DNA from: an uncultured Spirochaetota bacterium
Lineage (GTDB): Bacteria; Spirochaetota; Spirochaetia; SZUA-6; Fen-1364
Length of the DNA: 64,000 bases
NCBI GenBank assembly: GCA_963781885.1
Contig: CAWAHW010000004.1
Location: 736,001 to 800,000, forward strand
Direction of reading: 5' to 3'
In this document: piece by piece, positions 61,721 to 64,000 of the stretch
Layout of the letters: every line of letters starts with the position of its first letter
Numbering within the stretch: the stretch's first letter is position 1
The notes under the pieces: generated by a model
The model's input: the letters and a program-made list of their open reading frames with translations, nothing else
Told to the model about the DNA's origin: nothing
The model's database searches: none
Made by a program: the position numbers and the translations under genes

Positions 61721-62106
61721 TCCTGATAGACACTGATGTCTGCATCGACCTATTGAAAGGAAACAAAAAGATCCTCCGCCGACGTGAAGAGTATGATGGG
61801 CCAATAGGCGTTTGTTTCATGACAATAGCCGAGCTCTTTTATGGAGCTCAAAAGTCGAGTGACCCTTCCAGGAATATCGACACAGTAGAAAGGCTTCTTC
61901 TAACGCTTGAAATAGTGCAGTCCGATCTCAGCATCTTAAAACGATTCGGAACCATCAAGGCCCAGCTTCAGAATGCGGGAATGCCGATCGCGGATGCTGA
62001 TATCCTTATAGCTTCAGCTACGCTTGAAAAGGCAGAAAAGCTTATTACCGGGAACACCAAGCACTTTGAACGCATTCCCGGGCTGAGTTTGGAGGACTGG
62101 CGTTAA
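61717..62106 (+). CDS. vapC: Cassette: VapC PIN toxin
   Basis: ILIDTDVCI, AELFYGA, DADILIA, LITGNTKHF. Confidence 0.93.
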   Translation: MILIDTDVCIDLLKGNKKILRRREEYDGPIGVCFMTIAELFYGAQKSSDPSRNIDTVERLLLTLEIVQSDLSILKRFGTIKAQLQNAGMPIADADILIASATLEKAEKLITGNTKHFERIPGLSLEDWR

Positions 62107-62172
62107 GGCGCTTTCCTTTCTACTAGGCAGGAATTGACACGAATAGACAAACATCGATTGAAATCGCGGAGC

Positions 62173-62288
62173 ATCTAACAAATCGTTGGAGCACTCCGGA
62201 CTAGAATTTGGTCCAGCAGACCCGCTTTCGGTGCAAATCTTTGTGGTCTTTGTCTGATGCGGGCCGGGTGCTCAACTCTATGTTAGGC
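62173..62288 (+). repeat. attC 7 (type A)
   Basis: ATCTAAC...GTTAGGC. Confidence 0.9.
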
Positions 62289-62296
62289 GCATCGTG

Positions 62297-63615
62297 GGTC
62301 CTGTCTAAGCACATCGTTGACAGAATTCTAAGCACATCGTTGACACTTTTTTGGGCGACGTTTTCTCCGAGAGGAGAGCGGGATGCCCTGGAGGGAACGG
62401 TCAGCGATGGACGAAAAGGCTAGTTTCGTTCTTGAGTGGGAGTCAGGCCAGCACACGTTCACTGCTCTGTGCAAATCTTATGGTATCTCCCGTACTTTAG
62501 GTTACCGCTACATACTGCGCTATCTGTTGCGGGGTGTAGCGGGACTCAAGGAGCAATCGCGGGCTCCGCGGCGGGTGTGGAACCGCACTGCACCGAGCAT
62601 CGAGCGGGCAATCGTACGAATACGAGGCAGGTGGCCTCGCATGGGTCCGCTGAAGATCTTTCAGCTGCTCACGGAGAGGTATGGTGGTCGGCGGAAGGTG
62701 CCTTCGGTGGCGACGATCGCCTTGGTGCTCAAACGCTATGGCCTAGTCAAGAAGCGGCGCCGCGTTCGTCGCATTCGAGAGATGCACCCGATCTTTGAGG
62801 CGAAGGCCCCCAACGAGATCTGGAGCGTGGACTTCAAAGGGAAGTTCCGCATGGGCGACGGGCGCTACTGCTACCCGCTGACCGTCATGGACGCCTACAG
62901 CCGCTTTGTGCTGGCGGTGGTGGGAATGCATAATCCCACATATGAGGGCACAAAGGCCGTATTTGAGGCCCTTTTCAAGAAGTACGGTTTGCCCAAACAG
63001 ATCCACAGTGACAACGGAGAGCCCTTCGCCAGTGGGGTGAGCCTCTCGCGGCTTACGCGGCTTGCCGTCTGGCTCATGGATCTGGGGATCCAGCCGGTCT
63101 ATTCTGACCCGGCTCACCCCGAGCAGAACGGTAGTCACGAGCGGATGCACGAAGAGCTAAAGGCTGAGGCCACAAAGCCGGCCGCCTACAGCCTGGTCCA
63201 GCAGCAACACAAGTTCGACGCCTTTCGTCATTTCTACAACGTGCAGCGTCCTCATCAGACGCTGGGACAGAGGAGGCCCAAGGAGTTCTACCGCCACTCC
63301 CCTCGCCGCCTTCCACGCATAACTAGGACCTGGAAGTATCCAGAAGGCATGTGCACGAAATACGTTTGCCGCAACGGGGCAATCCGCTGGGGCTCCAGCA
63401 AGTGGGTCGTCGTCAGCACAACGCTGATCGAGAAGTACGTCGGACTGGAGCAGATCGTGAAGGGCAAGTGGCGCGTGTATTACCGCGACACCCTGTTAGG
63501 CTATCTTGACGAGCGGCAGCTGCGCATCCAGGATGAGCTCGGCCGCTTGGTTAGGGCAGCGAGATAACTGTTAGGATGTGCTGCGAAAAGTGTCAACGAT
63601 GTGTTAGTTAGGACA
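62297..63615 (+). mobile_element. IS481-family element
   Basis: Ends share CACATCGTTGACA (two copies on the left, inverted on the right); right end GGACA. Left end approximate. Confidence 0.85.
62383..63567 (+). CDS. IS481 transposase
   Basis: MPWRE, WSVDFKG, SDNGEPF, NGSHERMH. Confidence 0.93.
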   Translation: MPWRERSAMDEKASFVLEWESGQHTFTALCKSYGISRTLGYRYILRYLLRGVAGLKEQSRAPRRVWNRTAPSIERAIVRIRGRWPRMGPLKIFQLLTERYGGRRKVPSVATIALVLKRYGLVKKRRRVRRIREMHPIFEAKAPNEIWSVDFKGKFRMGDGRYCYPLTVMDAYSRFVLAVVGMHNPTYEGTKAVFEALFKKYGLPKQIHSDNGEPFASGVSLSRLTRLAVWLMDLGIQPVYSDPAHPEQNGSHERMHEELKAEATKPAAYSLVQQQHKFDAFRHFYNVQRPHQTLGQRRPKEFYRHSPRRLPRITRTWKYPEGMCTKYVCRNGAIRWGSSKWVVVSTTLIEKYVGLEQIVKGKWRVYYRDTLLGYLDERQLRIQDELGRLVRAAR

Positions 63616-63640
63616 TAGTAACTTTGGAGGTTCGTCATTC

Positions 63641-63708
63641 ATGAGCAAGGACCGGTTGGCGGTAGTTCTTGGTGCTGGATCCACGCTGGAATTGGGATTC
63701 CCAACAAA
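63641..63708 (+). pseudogene. SIR2-like gene 5' end interrupted by IS200
   Basis: GGAGG RBS; MSKDRLAVVLGAGSTLELGFPT matches the sirtuin GAGxS..GxP start. Confidence 0.55.
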
Positions 63709-63716
63709 TAAAGCAT

Positions 63717-63735
63717 CCACCTCCAGAGGAGGTGG
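63717..63735 (-). repeat. IS200/IS605 subterminal hairpin
   Basis: CCACCTCC-AGA-GGAGGTGG just downstream of tnpA. Confidence 0.7.
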
Positions 63736-63751
63736 TTTTGAACCCCGGCCT

Positions 63752-64000
63752 CTAAAAGAGGCCTGCTTCTTCGTGCTCTTTCTCTTCGAGCCGCTCGTTT
63801 TCTTCCTGGTATCGTACGTAGCGACGTATCTTCTCTTCATCCAGCCCTATCGTCGTTACGCAATAGCCGCGGCTCCAGAAATGATTTCCCCAGTATGGTT
63901 TCCGCTTCAAGCTCTTGTAGTTTTGAAATATTCCTATTGCTGTCTTGCCCTTCAAAATCCCCATCAGTTCTGATATCGATACCCTTGGAGGAACGTTTAC
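63752..64000 (-). CDS. tnpA: IS200/IS605 Y1 transposase, 5'-partial
   Basis: LKGKTA, YWGNHFWSRGYCVTTIG, IRRYVRYQE. Confidence 0.93.
   Translation of the reverse strand, partial: VNVPPRVSISELMGILKGKTAIGIFQNYKSLKRKPYWGNHFWSRGYCVTTIGLDEEKIRRYVRYQEENERLEEKEHEEAGLF

Larger units (their letters stand above)
56373..62288 (+). mobile_element. Integron gene-cassette array; no intI in the window
   Basis: Seven ~115-bp attC sites separating 1-2-gene cassettes. Confidence 0.92.

Noticed and set aside
56373-62288. Repeats as a CRISPR array
   Set aside because: The repeats are ~115 bp with attC core motifs and gene-sized spacers, and there are no cas genes.
63709-63973. Membrane-like C-terminus of ORF 63641-63973
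   Set aside because: It is the antisense of IS200 tnpA.
1-64000. tRNA/rRNA genes or attL/attR direct repeats bounding the element
   Set aside because: None was recognisable by eye; tRNAscan-SE and a self-alignment are needed.

Overview
This window is entirely accessory DNA with no housekeeping, rRNA or tRNA genes. From left to right: (1) a defence-like pair, a DGQH-motif protein and a ~1,800-aa DUF1998 helicase-nuclease; (2) secreted proteins and a sigma-70-like regulator module; (3) a frameshifted tyrosine recombinase whose 3' end is duplicated around a KAP NTPase, next to a DAC (DisA_N) sensor protein; (4) a Tn4371-like conjugative element (MOBP relaxase, VirD4, CopG, Trb T4SS) whose trb operon is split into two convergent halves around parAB, two ardC-type genes, an AbiEii TA module, a DarB-like methylase-helicase and ssb; (5) a DUF3631/excisionase module bracketed by two inverted heptamer arrays; (6) IS66 and IS481; (7) an integron cassette array with 7 attC sites (one inverted) and no intI, ending in IS481 and IS200. 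Many genes carry single-base frameshifts, which are probably long-read errors, so pseudogene status cannot be judged. The best novel-system candidate is a shared C-terminal tail on the relaxase, SSB, ArdC-type proteins, DarB-like protein and AbiEii toxin, suggesting a set of proteins, including a toxin, delivered by conjugation. Family assignments come from motifs read by eye, with no database search. A spirochaete host is only a weak impression.
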